Notes: a model not told the origin generated them from the letters alone. Counted from the first letter of the whole stretch, positions 21,970 to 34,003 are shown. The stretch: 58,530 nucleotides of DNA, filler included, from Malassezia furfur (GCA_052055015.1; 2 parts of 2 records of this genome joined end to end with filler, not necessarily neighbours in it), one strand, 5' to 3'. Made by a program: numbers and translations.

Positions 21970-24204
21970 CTAGGAAACGACGTTGCCGCTGGTCGAGAAC
22001 TCGGGATGCTTTTGGCGTTCACCCTGCTCGAATGCACGTGCGCGCGCCAAGCGACGTGCGAGTGGGTCCTCCTTCTTCACCTGGTATATACGCACGAGCC
22101 AGTTTTGCGAGGTGAATACCTCGTCAAGGATGCTCAGCTCCGGCGACTTGGACGGCCCCCGCGAGCCACGCACGCGGTCGGTCCCTGGCGTGCCGCCGAA
22201 CAGCTCATTGAAGCGGTAGTAGCTCATCTTGTACATGAGGCTCTCGCGCATAGTGGGCGTGGCCTGGTCGTCGACGCGGTACTCGCCGTTGGGCGTGAAG
22301 AACTTGCTCTCGTTGATTTCTTCCGGCCAGATGCCCTGCGAAATGCGGATCATCCACAGGAACTTGTTCAGATCGTCGCCACTGTAGCCGATGAGCCCGC
22401 CAAAGATGATCAGGATGTAGTCCACGTCGTGCTTGCGCAGGATCGGGTACGCCTTCTCCTCGGTTGTCGCCATGGCGCGGCCGACGGTGGCGATGTGCGT
22501 GTTGTTCCACGTGTTGTTGTCCACCAGTGTCGGACGGTCGGCAAAGCCGGCAATTTGGTAACCGTAGTCCCACCAGCTCATCACCTTGGCGTCGCGCTTG
22601 GTGTTTTCGTGCAGCCAGTAGTATGCCTCGCGGAAGTCGTCAATCATCGACATGCTCCCATCCGGACGCGATGAGGCCAGCACCACCGACGGCGACGAGT
22701 AGGCCGAGGCCGTCGTGTAGGTGCAGTGCAGCACAAACAGCACCAGCATGCCAACCATCGACAGGAACACGAGCGCACGCGTCGCAAGCGAGGCGATGCG
22801 CGGCGCGCGGCGCGGCACGTCGGGCATGTCATCGTCGGTGTCGCGCTTTCCCTTGGTGCTCTTCTTGGTGGCGGAGGGCATGGGTGCCGGCGGCGGGTTC
22901 GGCGTCGCGAACGTGTCGAGCAGCGTGCTGACGGCGACGGCCGCACACACACACACGCACGGCGTGAGCGTGAGCATCAGGCGCACCATCACGCCCGAGA
23001 AGTAGGAGCCCATCACCGCGTAGATAATCACAAAAACGTGCTCATCGCGCAGTTGCTTGAACAGGAAAAAGACGCCCACCGGGAAGAAGACGATGAGTGC
23101 CTGCAGGTCCATAAAGTACGCGGGCCATGCGGGCGGCTGGTGCTCCGAGACGGAGGCAATGATCGGGATGTGTTTCTTGGCGTAGCCCGTGTCCCAGAGC
23201 GAGTAAAAGCGCCCGGTCCATGGCGCAATGTACCCGCCGTAGGTCAGCGCGACGAGCGCGGCAAAAGCGAGCGCCGCAACCATCACGACAAATGCACGCA
23301 CGAGCAGCTTAAATTGGCTCGTGTTGACGTACGAGCGCATCAGCTCAGTGAGCGCCACGAGCTGCACCAGGCCAAACACACCGAGCGCCGCCATGTGCTC
23401 GCTGGTGCGCACGGGCTGGAAGCCGACAAACGGGATCTGCATGCTCGCCAGTGTGCCGATCACATAGAACGACGAGTAGGCAACGTACACACGCGTGCTG
23501 TAGCGGCCCATGAGTAGCAGCACAAACACGTGCAGCGGAATCATGTTGGTGATGAACACGTAGCCGCCCCAGGCCGCGACCATGTAAAAGTAGAACAGCG
23601 CTGTGAATACACCATACAGCATGCTTCCATCCTTCACTGCGCGGATCCACAGGTAGAAGGTGAAGAGCAGCAGGAAGATGGCAATCGCCTCGTTGTCGTA
23701 CGACCCAGCGACCGAGCGCGAGATATAGCCCGGTGCGATGCCGACAAATAGCGCGGCGAGCAGGCCGGCCGACTCGTCCTTCATCGTCTTGGTGAAGGCG
23801 TATGCGGCGAGCGCCGTGAAACCACTGAAGAGCGGCGCCAGCATCACGCAAATGTCACGAATGTTGACAGGAATGTTGAAGAAGTGCAGGATGTTGTATA
23901 GCGTGCCGCTCGTGATCATCAGACCAGGGAACACGGTGCCGCCCGCAGCACGCCCGAGTGGGTACCACGCAGTGGGGTCGAACCAGTTCCAGAACCGGTA
24001 GTAGCCGTCCTTGGTGAGCACCTTGGTCGCCCGGTAGTTGAACCACGGGTCGAACTCGTGGATGATCGACTCGTAGCGCACCACCGCGAACAGCCGCGAG
24101 GCCACCGCGGCTCCAATGATCATGATCAGAATGACTGTGCGCAGCAGCGACAGCATCACGCGCGCATCCGCGTCCGCGAGGCGGTCGCCTCGCACCGTGC
24201 TCAT
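21970..24204 (-). CDS. STT3: Oligosaccharyltransferase catalytic subunit Stt3
   Basis: ESIIHEFDPWFNYR, SVAGSYDNE, SVSEHQP, WWDYGYQI and DNNTWNNTHI motifs. ATG at 24204. Confidence 0.97.
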   Translation of the reverse strand: MSTVRGDRLADADARVMLSLLRTVILIMIIGAAVASRLFAVVRYESIIHEFDPWFNYRATKVLTKDGYYRFWNWFDPTAWYPLGRAAGGTVFPGLMITSGTLYNILHFFNIPVNIRDICVMLAPLFSGFTALAAYAFTKTMKDESAGLLAALFVGIAPGYISRSVAGSYDNEAIAIFLLLFTFYLWIRAVKDGSMLYGVFTALFYFYMVAAWGGYVFITNMIPLHVFVLLLMGRYSTRVYVAYSSFYVIGTLASMQIPFVGFQPVRTSEHMAALGVFGLVQLVALTELMRSYVNTSQFKLLVRAFVVMVAALAFAALVALTYGGYIAPWTGRFYSLWDTGYAKKHIPIIASVSEHQPPAWPAYFMDLQALIVFFPVGVFFLFKQLRDEHVFVIIYAVMGSYFSGVMVRLMLTLTPCVCVCAAVAVSTLLDTFATPNPPPAPMPSATKKSTKGKRDTDDDMPDVPRRAPRIASLATRALVFLSMVGMLVLFVLHCTYTTASAYSSPSVVLASSRPDGSMSMIDDFREAYYWLHENTKRDAKVMSWWDYGYQIAGFADRPTLVDNNTWNNTHIATVGRAMATTEEKAYPILRKHDVDYILIIFGGLIGYSGDDLNKFLWMIRISQGIWPEEINESKFFTPNGEYRVDDQATPTMRESLMYKMSYYRFNELFGGTPGTDRVRGSRGPSKSPELSILDEVFTSQNWLVRIYQVKKEDPLARRLARARAFEQGERQKHPEFSTSGNVVS

Positions 24205-24267
24205 CGTCGTCGTGCGTGCGCGGGGCGTGCAGCGCCACGTGCCGACACGTGGCGCTTGCTTCGCACG

Positions 24268-27200
24268 ATGGCCTTGCCGTACGTGCGCGCACGCGCGTAC
24301 ACGCTCGCGCAGGACGTGGCGTGGGACGATGTGTACGTCACTGCGTCGCTTGCCGATGTGCTTCGGCACGGCGAGGTGAGCGCGGCGCCGCTCGCCATTT
24401 CGGTCGCTTCCGCGGCGGACGCTCGCGAAAAACGCGCGTCGTTGCTCGCCTCCGGCACGCTCGCCTGGGCGCACATGGCCCCGCCCGAGATGGAGGACTC
24501 GTTTGGGATCGAACGCGGAGAGCTCGCCGTGCTTGTTCCGCTCGCGCACGCCTGGCGCAGCCTCCAGGGTGCCGAGTCGGTCGCCGTGTGCGCCGTCCAG
24601 CCGGTGCCACTCACGTGCGTGTACCTGACACTGCCGCACGACGCGTACACGGCATACACGCAGCGCCAGGACGCGCGCGCGATCCTGGCCGAGCTCGACG
24701 GGCACATAGTGCGTGCGGGTGGCGCGGTGCATGCGCCGGGCCTGCCGTGCGCCGCGCATTGCCTGCACACAGAGCCGGTTGCGCAGGGCGCCGTCGACGC
24801 ACGCACCACCGCGCTGTACCTTGTGGATGGTGGCGCGATGCCGCCCGGCGGAGCGCACGATACGCACGTACCCAACGCCGCGGCAGCGGCGTCGGTGCCT
24901 GACGCGGAGCTCGTCCTCGACGAGACCTTCCTGGAGCGGTCACTTGCGCGTGCGACGCTCGACGACGAGGCGCCCGCCGAGGCCGTGCAACGCACCGTGC
25001 TGCGCGTCGCGCTGGATGCGGACCGCGGCGTGTTGGAAGACGCCATCGCCCACTGGCACAGGGCGACAAGTACCGACACGTACGTCGACATGGAGAGCGT
25101 CGTGCTCGTGAGCGACGCGGCGCTTGCGCGCCTTGCCGCCTTCAACGGCGATTGGGCGCTTGCCGAAGTGCCCGACGCCATGCGGGCGCCGCGCCTCGTG
25201 CGCATTTTGTCGGGCCGCACCGCGCACGCGGCGGTCCCGCCGACGCTCGCGTGGAACTTGGCCGGGGATGCAGCGCTGGCGGCGGACGCACTCGACGTCG
25301 CGCTGCAGCCTCTGCCGACGCACGTCACCGACGAGGTCGAGGTGCTGCGCGATGCCAGCGATGCCGACGTGCGTGCGCTCGCCGGCACGCCGGCGCAGCC
25401 GCCGCTCATGCCGCGCGCCGATACGCTGAGCATCGCGCGCGTCGCATCGCCGCTGTCGACTGACCGCGCGCTCGAGGCCGCGTGCTTGGATGCGCTGCGC
25501 GCGCACCTCGAGCACCACCCGCGCGTGCTGCACCGTGGCGATGTGTTTGCCGTACCGGTCGTTGCTGCGCGCGCGCGCTTTGTGCAGCGCGACGCCGAGG
25601 AGGACGCGCCGTCCGACGCGGCGCGCGACGTGGCGCACGGCGCACAGCTCCCGAGTACACTGGCGCCCTCGTACGCACGCGGCGCTGTCTACTTTTGCGT
25701 GGGGGAGCTGGACGCGCACCTCGCAGACCCGGCGACGGTCCGTGCGCAGATCCCCGCTGGTGCACCGGCGCTGCAGCGCTGGCACGCGACGCTCACTGCG
25801 TCCGGCGCGATGGACCGTGCGGGGTGCTGGGTAGATGCAGAGCACACACGCATCGTGCAGAGCGGCGTGGTGCAGCGCCGCGTCGCGGATGTCACCGCAT
25901 GGCTCGGCCTGACGAACGACACGCCGCCGTGCCCGCCACCCGACACGCCGTTGACGAGCGACGCGAGTGTGTATGGGCGCTTTGTGCGCCTGGTGCGTGC
26001 GGCGCTCTCGCCTAGCGCACAGCAACTTGGTGTGCACCTCGCGGTGCTGCTGCAGGGCGCGGCGGGCTCCGGGAAGCGCATGGTCACGCGTTGGGTCGCG
26101 CAGCGTACGGGCGTGCATCTGCTCGAGCTCGATGCATACGAGTTGGTCTCCGACACGGACGCACGCACCGAGGGCGTGCTGCGTGCCAAGTTTGCGCGCG
26201 CCGCCTCGTGCACGCCATGCATCCTACTGCTCCAGCACATGGACGTGCTCGCGAAAAAGGGGCAGAACGAGGCACAGACCGCGGCGCTCGTCAAGATGCT
26301 GCAGCGGTGCATGGATGAGCAGAACATGCGCCGCGGCGCGCCCCTCTTCCTTGTGGGCACCACCGACGACGCGGAAAAGTGTCCGCCGACGCTGCTTGCG
26401 TGCTTCAACCAGACGCTGCAGCTCGATCCGCCCGGCGAGTCGGAGCGCAAGCAGCTGCTCGACATGGCGCTTGCGCGGTACGCGGTCGCGGCGGATGTAG
26501 ATACCAAGCAGCTCGCGGTGCAGACCGCCGCGCTGCTCCCCGCGGACCTGAGCGAGGTGGTGGAGCGCGCGCGCCTGCTGTCCACCGCGCGGCTCGCATC
26601 CTCCCTCGCGCCCACGTACACCACGACGGACCTCGCGGCGGCGCGTCCAGTGCTCGTGCATGCGGACCTCGACGCGGCGCTCGGCGCGGTGCGTGCGTCG
26701 TACAGCGAGAGCATCGGAGCGCCCAAGATTCCCAACGTGACCTGGGATGACGTCGGCGGCCTCGCAAGCGTCAAGCACGAGATCCTCGACACGGTGCAGC
26801 TCCCGCTCGAACACCCCGAGCTCTTCTCGGACGGGGTCAAGAAGCGCAGCGGTGTGCTGCTCTACGGGCCACCGGGCACGGGCAAGACGCTGCTCGCCAA
26901 GGCGGTGGCCACCACGTGCTCGCTCAACTTCTTCTCGGTCAAGGGCCCTGAGCTGCTCAACATGTACATCGGTGAGTCGGAGGCCAACGTGCGCCGCGTG
27001 TTCCAGCGTGCGCGCGACGCCAAGCCGTGCGTCATCTTCTTTGACGAGCTCGACTCGGTCGCACCGAAGCGCGGCAACCAGGGCGACTCGGGCGGCGTGA
27101 TGGACCGCATCGTCAGTCAGCTCCTCGCAGAGCTCGACGGCATGGCCAGCGGCTCGGCAGCCAGCGACGTGTTTGTCATCGGCGCCACGAACCGCCCCGA

Positions 27201-27870
27201 CCTGCTCGACCCGGCGCTGCTGCGCCCCGGGCGCTTCGACCGCATGCTGTACCTCTCGGTCTCCGAGACGCACGACGCACAACGCAACATTCTCCAAGCG
27301 CTCACGCGCAAGTTTACACTCGACGACGACGTGGGTGACATGTCGGTCATCGCGGAGCAGTGCCCCTTCAATCTGACCGGTGCCGACTTCTACGCTCTGT
27401 GTTCGGATGCTATGCTCAAGGCGATGACCGAAAAGGCGTCCGACATCGATGCCAAGGTCGCTGCGTGTGACCGGCTGCCGCGTACAGACGAGCGCGCGCA
27501 TTGGCCCGTGCCGCTCACCCCGCAGTTCTATTTGTCCGAGCTCGCAGCACCGGACGAGGTCCAGGTGCGCGTGCACCGCCGCCACTTTGAGCAGGCGCTC
27601 GCCGAGCTCTCGCCGAGTGTCAGTGAGCAGGAGATGGAGCATTACCGCCAAGTCCAACGGCAGTTTTCGCAGCCGGCGCCCGCACCGACGGCCGATGCGG
27701 CGTCGGCACCAGCGCCCAGCGAGGCGCCCGCCACGGTGCGTGGCCCGATCGAGGCGGCCATCCCGCCGCCTGAGCCAGTAGCGCCCACACCGTACAACGA
27801 CGCCGACACCGCGCCGTCGGTACCCCCCAAGAAGGACAAGGGCAAGGGCAAGGGCAAAAGCCGTGCGTAG
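24268..27870 (+). CDS. PEX6: Peroxisomal AAA ATPase Pex6
   Basis: Degenerate D1 (GAAGSGKR). D2 has SIGAPKIPNVTWDDVGG, GPPGTGKT, LLNMYIGESEANVR and GDSGGVMDRIVSQLLAELD. Confidence 0.96.
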   Translation: MALPYVRARAYTLAQDVAWDDVYVTASLADVLRHGEVSAAPLAISVASAADAREKRASLLASGTLAWAHMAPPEMEDSFGIERGELAVLVPLAHAWRSLQGAESVAVCAVQPVPLTCVYLTLPHDAYTAYTQRQDARAILAELDGHIVRAGGAVHAPGLPCAAHCLHTEPVAQGAVDARTTALYLVDGGAMPPGGAHDTHVPNAAAAASVPDAELVLDETFLERSLARATLDDEAPAEAVQRTVLRVALDADRGVLEDAIAHWHRATSTDTYVDMESVVLVSDAALARLAAFNGDWALAEVPDAMRAPRLVRILSGRTAHAAVPPTLAWNLAGDAALAADALDVALQPLPTHVTDEVEVLRDASDADVRALAGTPAQPPLMPRADTLSIARVASPLSTDRALEAACLDALRAHLEHHPRVLHRGDVFAVPVVAARARFVQRDAEEDAPSDAARDVAHGAQLPSTLAPSYARGAVYFCVGELDAHLADPATVRAQIPAGAPALQRWHATLTASGAMDRAGCWVDAEHTRIVQSGVVQRRVADVTAWLGLTNDTPPCPPPDTPLTSDASVYGRFVRLVRAALSPSAQQLGVHLAVLLQGAAGSGKRMVTRWVAQRTGVHLLELDAYELVSDTDARTEGVLRAKFARAASCTPCILLLQHMDVLAKKGQNEAQTAALVKMLQRCMDEQNMRRGAPLFLVGTTDDAEKCPPTLLACFNQTLQLDPPGESERKQLLDMALARYAVAADVDTKQLAVQTAALLPADLSEVVERARLLSTARLASSLAPTYTTTDLAAARPVLVHADLDAALGAVRASYSESIGAPKIPNVTWDDVGGLASVKHEILDTVQLPLEHPELFSDGVKKRSGVLLYGPPGTGKTLLAKAVATTCSLNFFSVKGPELLNMYIGESEANVRRVFQRARDAKPCVIFFDELDSVAPKRGNQGDSGGVMDRIVSQLLAELDGMASGSAASDVFVIGATNRPDLLDPALLRPGRFDRMLYLSVSETHDAQRNILQALTRKFTLDDDVGDMSVIAEQCPFNLTGADFYALCSDAMLKAMTEKASDIDAKVAACDRLPRTDERAHWPVPLTPQFYLSELAAPDEVQVRVHRRHFEQALAELSPSVSEQEMEHYRQVQRQFSQPAPAPTADAASAPAPSEAPATVRGPIEAAIPPPEPVAPTPYNDADTAPSVPPKKDKGKGKGKSRA

Positions 27871-28040
27871 AAACTTGGTAGCAGTGGCTGCGTGCGCACA
27901 GACCCTTCCACGTGGCCGGCTGGCGAAGGGACCGGTGGTCTGTTCGCCCCCCGCAGACCGGTGCACGTGATGCCGAAGCTCCCGGTTCCGGCCGCGGACG
28001 GGGCCACCTTCTTCCCCCACACACACGAACTTTAGATACA

Positions 28041-29039
28041 ATGGTGAAGGCTACGGTTATTGGTGCTGCTGGTGGTATTGGCCAGCCTCTCTCGCTGCTG
28101 CTCAAGCAGTCGCCGCTTGTGACGGAGCTGTCGCTCTACGATGTGGTGAACACGCCGGGTGTCGCGGTGGACCTGTCCCATATCAACACCCCCGCGCCGG
28201 TGACCGGCTTCACGCCGCAGGACGATGGCCTGGCCAAGGCGCTCAAGGGCACCGAGGTCGTGGTGATCCCCGCCGGCATGCCGCGCAAGCCCGGCATGAC
28301 CCGTGATGACCTGTTCAACGCGAACGCCTCGATTGTGCACGGCATCGCCGAGGCGATCGCCAAGAACGCGCCCAAGGCGTTTGTGCTCGTCATCTCGAAC
28401 CCCGTCAACTCGACGGTGCCGATCGTTGCCGAGGTGTTCAAGAAGGAGGGTGTGTACGACCCCAAGCGCCTGTTTGGTGTGACGACCCTCGACGTGGTCC
28501 GCGCCGCGACCTTTGTGTCGGAGGCCGCCGGCAAGCCGCTGGACGCGGGCAAGTACCATGTGCCCGTGGTGGGTGGTCACTCGGGTGTGACCATCATCCC
28601 CCTCCTGTCGCAGTCGCAGCCCTCGTTCTCGGCCAGCGAGAAGGAGATTGGCGAGATCACGCACCACATCCAGTTTGGTGGTGACGAGGTCGTTCAGGCC
28701 AAGGAGTCCAAGGGTAGTGCGACGCTGTCGATGGCCTACGCCGGTGCGCGCTTCGCGCTTGCACTGATCGAGGCGCTCGCGGGCAAGACCTCGGAGCTGC
28801 CCGAGTACTCGTACGTGGACCTCACCGCGGACGCCGAGGGCGCCAAGGCGGTCACCGAGGTGATTGGCTCCAACACGCCCTTCTTCTCGGTGCCGCTCAC
28901 GCTTGGCAAGAACGGTGTGGAGAAGATCCACCCGCTTGGCAAGCTGTCCTCGTTCGAGAGCGAGGCGCTCAAGAAGGCCGTCGAGGCGCTGGGCGACAAC
29001 ATCACCAAGGGCATCTCGTTCAAGGCGAACAAGCTCTAA
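28041..29039 (+). CDS. MDH: NAD-dependent malate dehydrogenase without mitochondrial presequence (cytosolic/peroxisomal), C-terminal -NKL
   Basis: [38 protein letters not shown] and [11 protein letters not shown]. Confidence 0.96.
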   Translation: MVKATVIGAAGGIGQPLSLLLKQSPLVTELSLYDVVNTPGVAVDLSHINTPAPVTGFTPQDDGLAKALKGTEVVVIPAGMPRKPGMTRDDLFNANASIVHGIAEAIAKNAPKAFVLVISNPVNSTVPIVAEVFKKEGVYDPKRLFGVTTLDVVRAATFVSEAAGKPLDAGKYHVPVVGGHSGVTIIPLLSQSQPSFSASEKEIGEITHHIQFGGDEVVQAKESKGSATLSMAYAGARFALALIEALAGKTSELPEYSYVDLTADAEGAKAVTEVIGSNTPFFSVPLTLGKNGVEKIHPLGKLSSFESEALKKAVEALGDNITKGISFKANKL

Positions 29040-29101
29040 AAGGATTGATTAGCGCCGCATAGAGACGACACGACATTTAGTCATCCTACCGTGGCCGCCA
29101 G

Positions 29102-29230
29102 ATGCCGTCCGTGCAGGACGACCGTGCGGCGTGGCTCGCGGACACGGTGCGTGTGCCGCCCGGCGCGCCCACCGACGCCGCGGGCGCCTGGTCGCAGCGC
29201 CTCGCAGAGCGCGGCGCTCCGGACCTGGCG
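29102..29230 (+). CDS. Possible 5' fragment of a gene cut by the assembly gap
   Basis: ATG-initiated open frame MPSVQDDRAAWLADTVRVPPGAPTDAAGAWSQRLAERGAPDLA with mostly G/C third positions. No recognisable motif. Confidence 0.3.
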
Positions 29231-29330
29231 NNNNNNNNNNNNNNNNNNNNNNNNNNNNNNNNNNNNNNNNNNNNTTAATTAATTAANNNNNNNNNNNNNN
29301 NNNNNNNNNNNNNNNNNNNNNNNNNNNNNN
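29231..29330. other. Artificial contig-join spacer: N44-TTAATTAATTAA-N44
   Basis: Exactly 100 nt, with a palindromic six-frame stop linker at 29275-29286 centred in Ns. Confidence 0.97.
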
Positions 29331-32300
29331 GTGAGGCGGTGGTCATGTCGCTGGACCAGTACGTGGGCCCCGAGGGGAACCTGCTGGACCTGTACGAGAA
29401 GCAGTGCAACCGCATCTATCTGCCGAGCCCCGTGCTGAGCATCAAGGAGATGGCGGCGCTCAAGAACATGGACGCCGTGCAGCCCGAGTGGACCTCGGTG
29501 ACGATCGACATCACCTTTGAGCACAGCGAGGGCGAGGCCGGCTACGAGCGCACGCTCGACCGTGTGTGTGCCGAGGTGTCGCAGGCGATCAAGGACAACC
29601 ACAAGATTGTGGTGCTGTCTGACCGCAACGTGAGCGAGTCGCGCGTGGCGATCAGCTCGCTGATTGCGTGCGGTGGTGTGCACCACTACCTGATCCGCAA
29701 CAAGCAGCGCAGCAGCATCACGCTGGTGGTCGAGACGGCCGAGGCGCGTGAAGTGCACCACGTCTGTGTGATGGTCGGCTACGGTGCGGACGCCATCTGC
29801 CCCTGGCTTGCGCAGGAGGCTGTGATGAAGGTCGGCCGCGAGGGTCTCTCGAAGAAGGACCTCACCGAGGAGCAGCTCACGCAGAACTGGCGCCACGCTG
29901 TTGACGGTGGTATTCTGAAGGTGATGTCCAAGATGGGCATTTCCACGCTGGCGTCGTACAAGGGTGCACAGATCTTTGAGGCGCTCGGTCTGGACAGCCG
30001 TGTGATTGACCGGTGCTTTGCCGGCACTGCGTCGCGTATCCAGGGCTCGACGTTTGAGATGCTGGCTGCGGATGCGTTTGAGATGCACGAGCGTGCGTGG
30101 CCGAAGCGCCCGACGGTGCACTTTGCGGGTCTGCCCGAGAGCGGCGAGTACCACTGGCGTGACGGTGGTGAGCCGCACATCAACGACCCGAGCTGCATTG
30201 CTGCGCTGCAGGACGCCACGCGCCAGAAGAACCAGGCGGCGTGGGATGCGTACTCGAAGGCGTCGCGCAAGGCCGTCGAGAAGGTGTGCCTGCGTGGTCT
30301 GCTCGACTTTGACTTTTCGCAGGCGCAGCCGATCCCCATCGACCAGGTGGAGCCGTGGACGGAGATTGCGCAGCGCTTCTGCACGGGTGCGATGTCGTAC
30401 GGCTCGATCTCGATGGAGGCGCACTCGGCGCTTGCGATTGCCATGAACCGGTTGGGCGGCAAGTCGAACACGGGTGAGGGCGGTGAGGACCCTGAGCGTT
30501 CGATCCCCCTGCCGAACGGCGACTCGCTGCGCTCCAAGATCAAGCAGGTGGCGTCGGGCCGCTTTGGTGTCACGTCGTACTACCTGTCTGACTCGGACGA
30601 GCTGCAGATCAAGCTCGCGCAGGGTGCCAAGCCCGGTGAGGGTGGTGAGCTGCCCGGCCACAAGGTGTCGGAGAGCATTGCGCGCACGCGTCACAGTACC
30701 GCGGGTGTGGGTCTCATTTCGCCGCCGCCGCACCACGACATCTACTCGATCGAGGACCTGAAGCAGCTCATCTACGACCTCAAGTGCTCCAACCCCCGGT
30801 CGCGCGTGAGTGTCAAGCTGGTGTCCGAGGTGGGTGTCGGCATTGTCGCTGCCGGTGTCGCCAAGGCGAAGGCGGACCACGTGCTGATTGCGGGCCACGA
30901 CGGTGGCACGGGTGCGTCGCGCTGGACCGGTATCAAGTACGCCGGTCTCCCCTGGGAGCTGGGTCTTGCCGAGACGCACCAGACGCTCGTGCTGAACGAC
31001 CTGCGTGGGCGTGTCACGGTGCAGACCGACGGCCAGCTGCGTACGGGCCGCGACCTGGCGATTGCGACGCTGCTCGGTGCGGAGGAGTTTGGGTTCAGCA
31101 CTGCGCCGCTCATCTCGATGGGCTGCATCATGATGCGCAAGTGCCACCTGAACACGTGCCCCGTCGGCATTGCGACGCAGGACCCCAAGCTGCGCGAGAA
31201 GTTTGCGGGCCAGCCGGAGCATGTGATCAACTTCTTCTACTACCTCGCCGAGGAGCTGCGTGCGATCATGGCCAAGCTCGGCATGCGCACGGTGAACGAG
31301 ATGGTGGGTCGCTCGGACCTGCTGCGTGTCGACGAGTCGCTGCGCACGCCCAAGACGTCCAACATCAACCTGAACGCGATGCTCAAGCCCGCGTTCCAGA
31401 TGCGCCCCGGCGCGGCGACGTACAAGGTGCGCCAGCAGGACCACAAGCTGTACGTCCGCCTGGACAACAAGTTTATCGACGAGGCGGAGCCGGCGCTCAC
31501 CGGCGGTCTGCCCGTGCAGATCGACTGCCAGGTGGTCAACACCGACCGTGCGCTCGGCACCACGCTCTCCTACCGCGTCTCGAAGCAGTTCGGCGAGGAG
31601 GGCCTGCCGCGCGACACGATCCACATCAACGCCAAGGGCAGTGCGGGCCAGTCGTGCGGTGCGTACCTCGCGCCGGGCATCACGCTCGAGCTCGAGGGCG
31701 ACGCGAACGACTACGTCGGCAAGGGTCTGTCGGGCGGCCGCCTGATTGTGTACCCGCCGCGCGTGTCGCCGTTCAAGGCGGAGGAGAACGTGATTGTGGG
31801 CAACACGTGTCTGTACGGTGCGACCAGCGGCCACGCGTACATCTCGGGCATTGCCGCCGAGCGCTTTGCGGTGCGCAACTCGGGTGCGCACGCGGTCGTC
31901 GAGGGCGTCGGTGACCACGGCTGTGAGTACATGACGGGTGGCCGTGTCGTGGTGCTCGGCAGCACGGGCCGCAACTTTGCGGCCGGTATGAGCGGCGGCA
32001 TTGCGTACGTGCTCGACATGAAGCGCGACTTTGCCTCGAAGTGCAACATGGAGATGGTCGAGCTCGGCAGCGTGCGCGACCCGCACGAGATTGCCGAGCT
32101 GCGCAACCTGCTCGAGGACCACCGCCACTACACGGGCTCGCCCGTGGCCGAGCGTGTGATCCACGAGTTCCACCACCTCCTGCCCCGCTTTGTGCGTGTG
32201 ATGCCCACCGACTACAAGCAGGTGCTGGAGGCGGCGGCCGCCAAGGCCGCCGAGGAGAAGAAGCGCTCGAGCCACGTCGACCTGCTCGGCACGCTCTCGC

Positions 32301-34003
32301 GCCGCGGCAGCCAGGTGGACGTCACGCTCGAGAACGAGCCGAACGGCACCGGCAAGGACGCCAAGGCGCACGAGCCGGCGGTCACCGACATGGAGGACGC
32401 CATGCTCGACGCCGACCTCGCCGAGGCGCGTGCGGGCAAGCTCGACAAGATGCGCGGCTTCATGAAGTACAAGCGCCGCGGCGAGTCGTACCGCAACGCG
32501 GGCGCGCGTGTCAAGGACTTCAAGGAGCTCTCGAAGCGCCTTACCGACACCGAGCTCAAGCTGCAGACGGCGCGCTGCATGGACTGCGGTGTGCCCTTCT
32601 GCCAGTCGGACACGGGCTGCCCCATCTCGAACATCATCCCCAAGTGGAACGACCTGGTGTTCAAGGGCCAGTGGCGCGACGCGCTCAACCGCCTGCTCAT
32701 GACGAACAACTTCCCCGAGTTCACCGGTCGCGTGTGCCCCGCGCCGTGCGAGGGCGCGTGTGTGCTCGGCATCATCGAGAACCCGGTCGGCATCAAGTCG
32801 ATCGAGTGCGCCATCATCGACAAGGCCTGGGAGGAGGGCTGGATGGTGCCGCGCCTCCCCGAGCGCCGCACGGGCAAGACGGTCGCCGTGATCGGCTCTG
32901 GTCCGGCGGGCCTTGCGTGCGCCGACCAGCTGAACCGCGCGGGCCACTCGGTGACGGTGTACGAGCGTGCGGACCGCATCGGCGGTCTGCTCATGTACGG
33001 TATCCCCAACATGAAGCTCGACAAGCACGTCGTCGACCGCCGCGTGCAGCTGATGGCCGACGAGGGTGTGCGCTTCATCACGTCGACCGAGGTCGGCCGC
33101 GACGTGGACGCCGCGGACCTGCACCAGCAGAACGACGCCGTGGTGTTTGCCACGGGCGCCACCTGGCCGCGCGACCTCAAGATCCCCGGCCGCGAGGCGG
33201 ATGGTATCCACTTTGCGATGGAGTACCTCACCTCGACCACTGCGAGCCTGCTTTCGTCGCAGCTCGCCGAGGGCACCTACCTCAGCGCCAAGGGCAAGCA
33301 CGTCGTGGTGATTGGTGGTGGTGACACGGGTAACGACTGTATCGGTACGGCGGTGCGCCACGGCGCGGCGTCGGTGACCAACTTTGAGCTGCTCCCGCAG
33401 CCGCCCGAGGAGCGTGCGCCGAACAACCCGTGGCCGCAGTGGCCGCGTGTGTTCCGCACGGACTACGGTCACACCGAGGTCAAGGCCAAGTGGGGCAACG
33501 ACCCGCGCGAGTACTGCATCTCGACCACCGACTTTGAGCGCGACGAGAACGGCAAGCTCGTGGCGCTCAACACGGTGCGTGTCGCTTGGGAGCTCGACGC
33601 GAGCGGCAAGTGGCAGATGAACAAGGTGCCGGGCAGCGAGAAGCGCTTCCCGTGCGACCTGTGCTTCCTGGCGCTCGGCTTCCTCGGCCCCGAGAACGAG
33701 GCGATCAAGTCGCTCGAGCTCAAGCAGGATGCGCGCAGCAACATCCTTGCCGAGCCCGTCGGCGGCAAGAACCCGTACCGCACTTCGGTGCCGCGCGTGT
33801 ACGCTGCGGGTGACTGCCGCCGCGGTCAGTCGCTCATCGTGTGGGGCATCCAGGAGGGCCGTGCCGCGGCCGCCGCTGTCGACACGGACCTCATGGGCAA
33901 CTCGTACCTGCCGTGGGCGGGCAGCATTCCCCACCGCATCTACGGCCCGGAGCCCGTGGACGAGTCGCAGCCCACTTCGCAGACGGTCGAGGCCCAGGCT
34001 TAG
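29331..34003 (+). CDS. GLT1: NADH-dependent glutamate synthase (GOGAT), 5'-truncated by the gap
   Basis: FMN domain ([42 protein letters not shown]), Fe-S motif [20 protein letters not shown] domain and fused small subunit ([22 protein letters not shown]). The N-terminal amidotransferase domain is absent. Confidence 0.97.

Noticed and set aside
24058..24867. Extended ORF starts making STT3 and PEX6 overlap head to head
   Set aside because: These use non-ATG upstream extensions. Plausible ATGs at 24204 and 24268 give non-overlapping genes.
7227..29039. Peroxisome gene cluster (PEX8, PEX6, MDH-NKL)
   Set aside because: PEX8 is about 15 kb from PEX6 with unrelated genes in between. Adjacency of PEX6 and MDH alone is weak evidence.
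29275..29286. TTAATTAATTAA palindrome as a transposon target or regulatory site
   Set aside because: Centred in symmetric N-runs totalling 100 nt, so it is a synthetic spacer.
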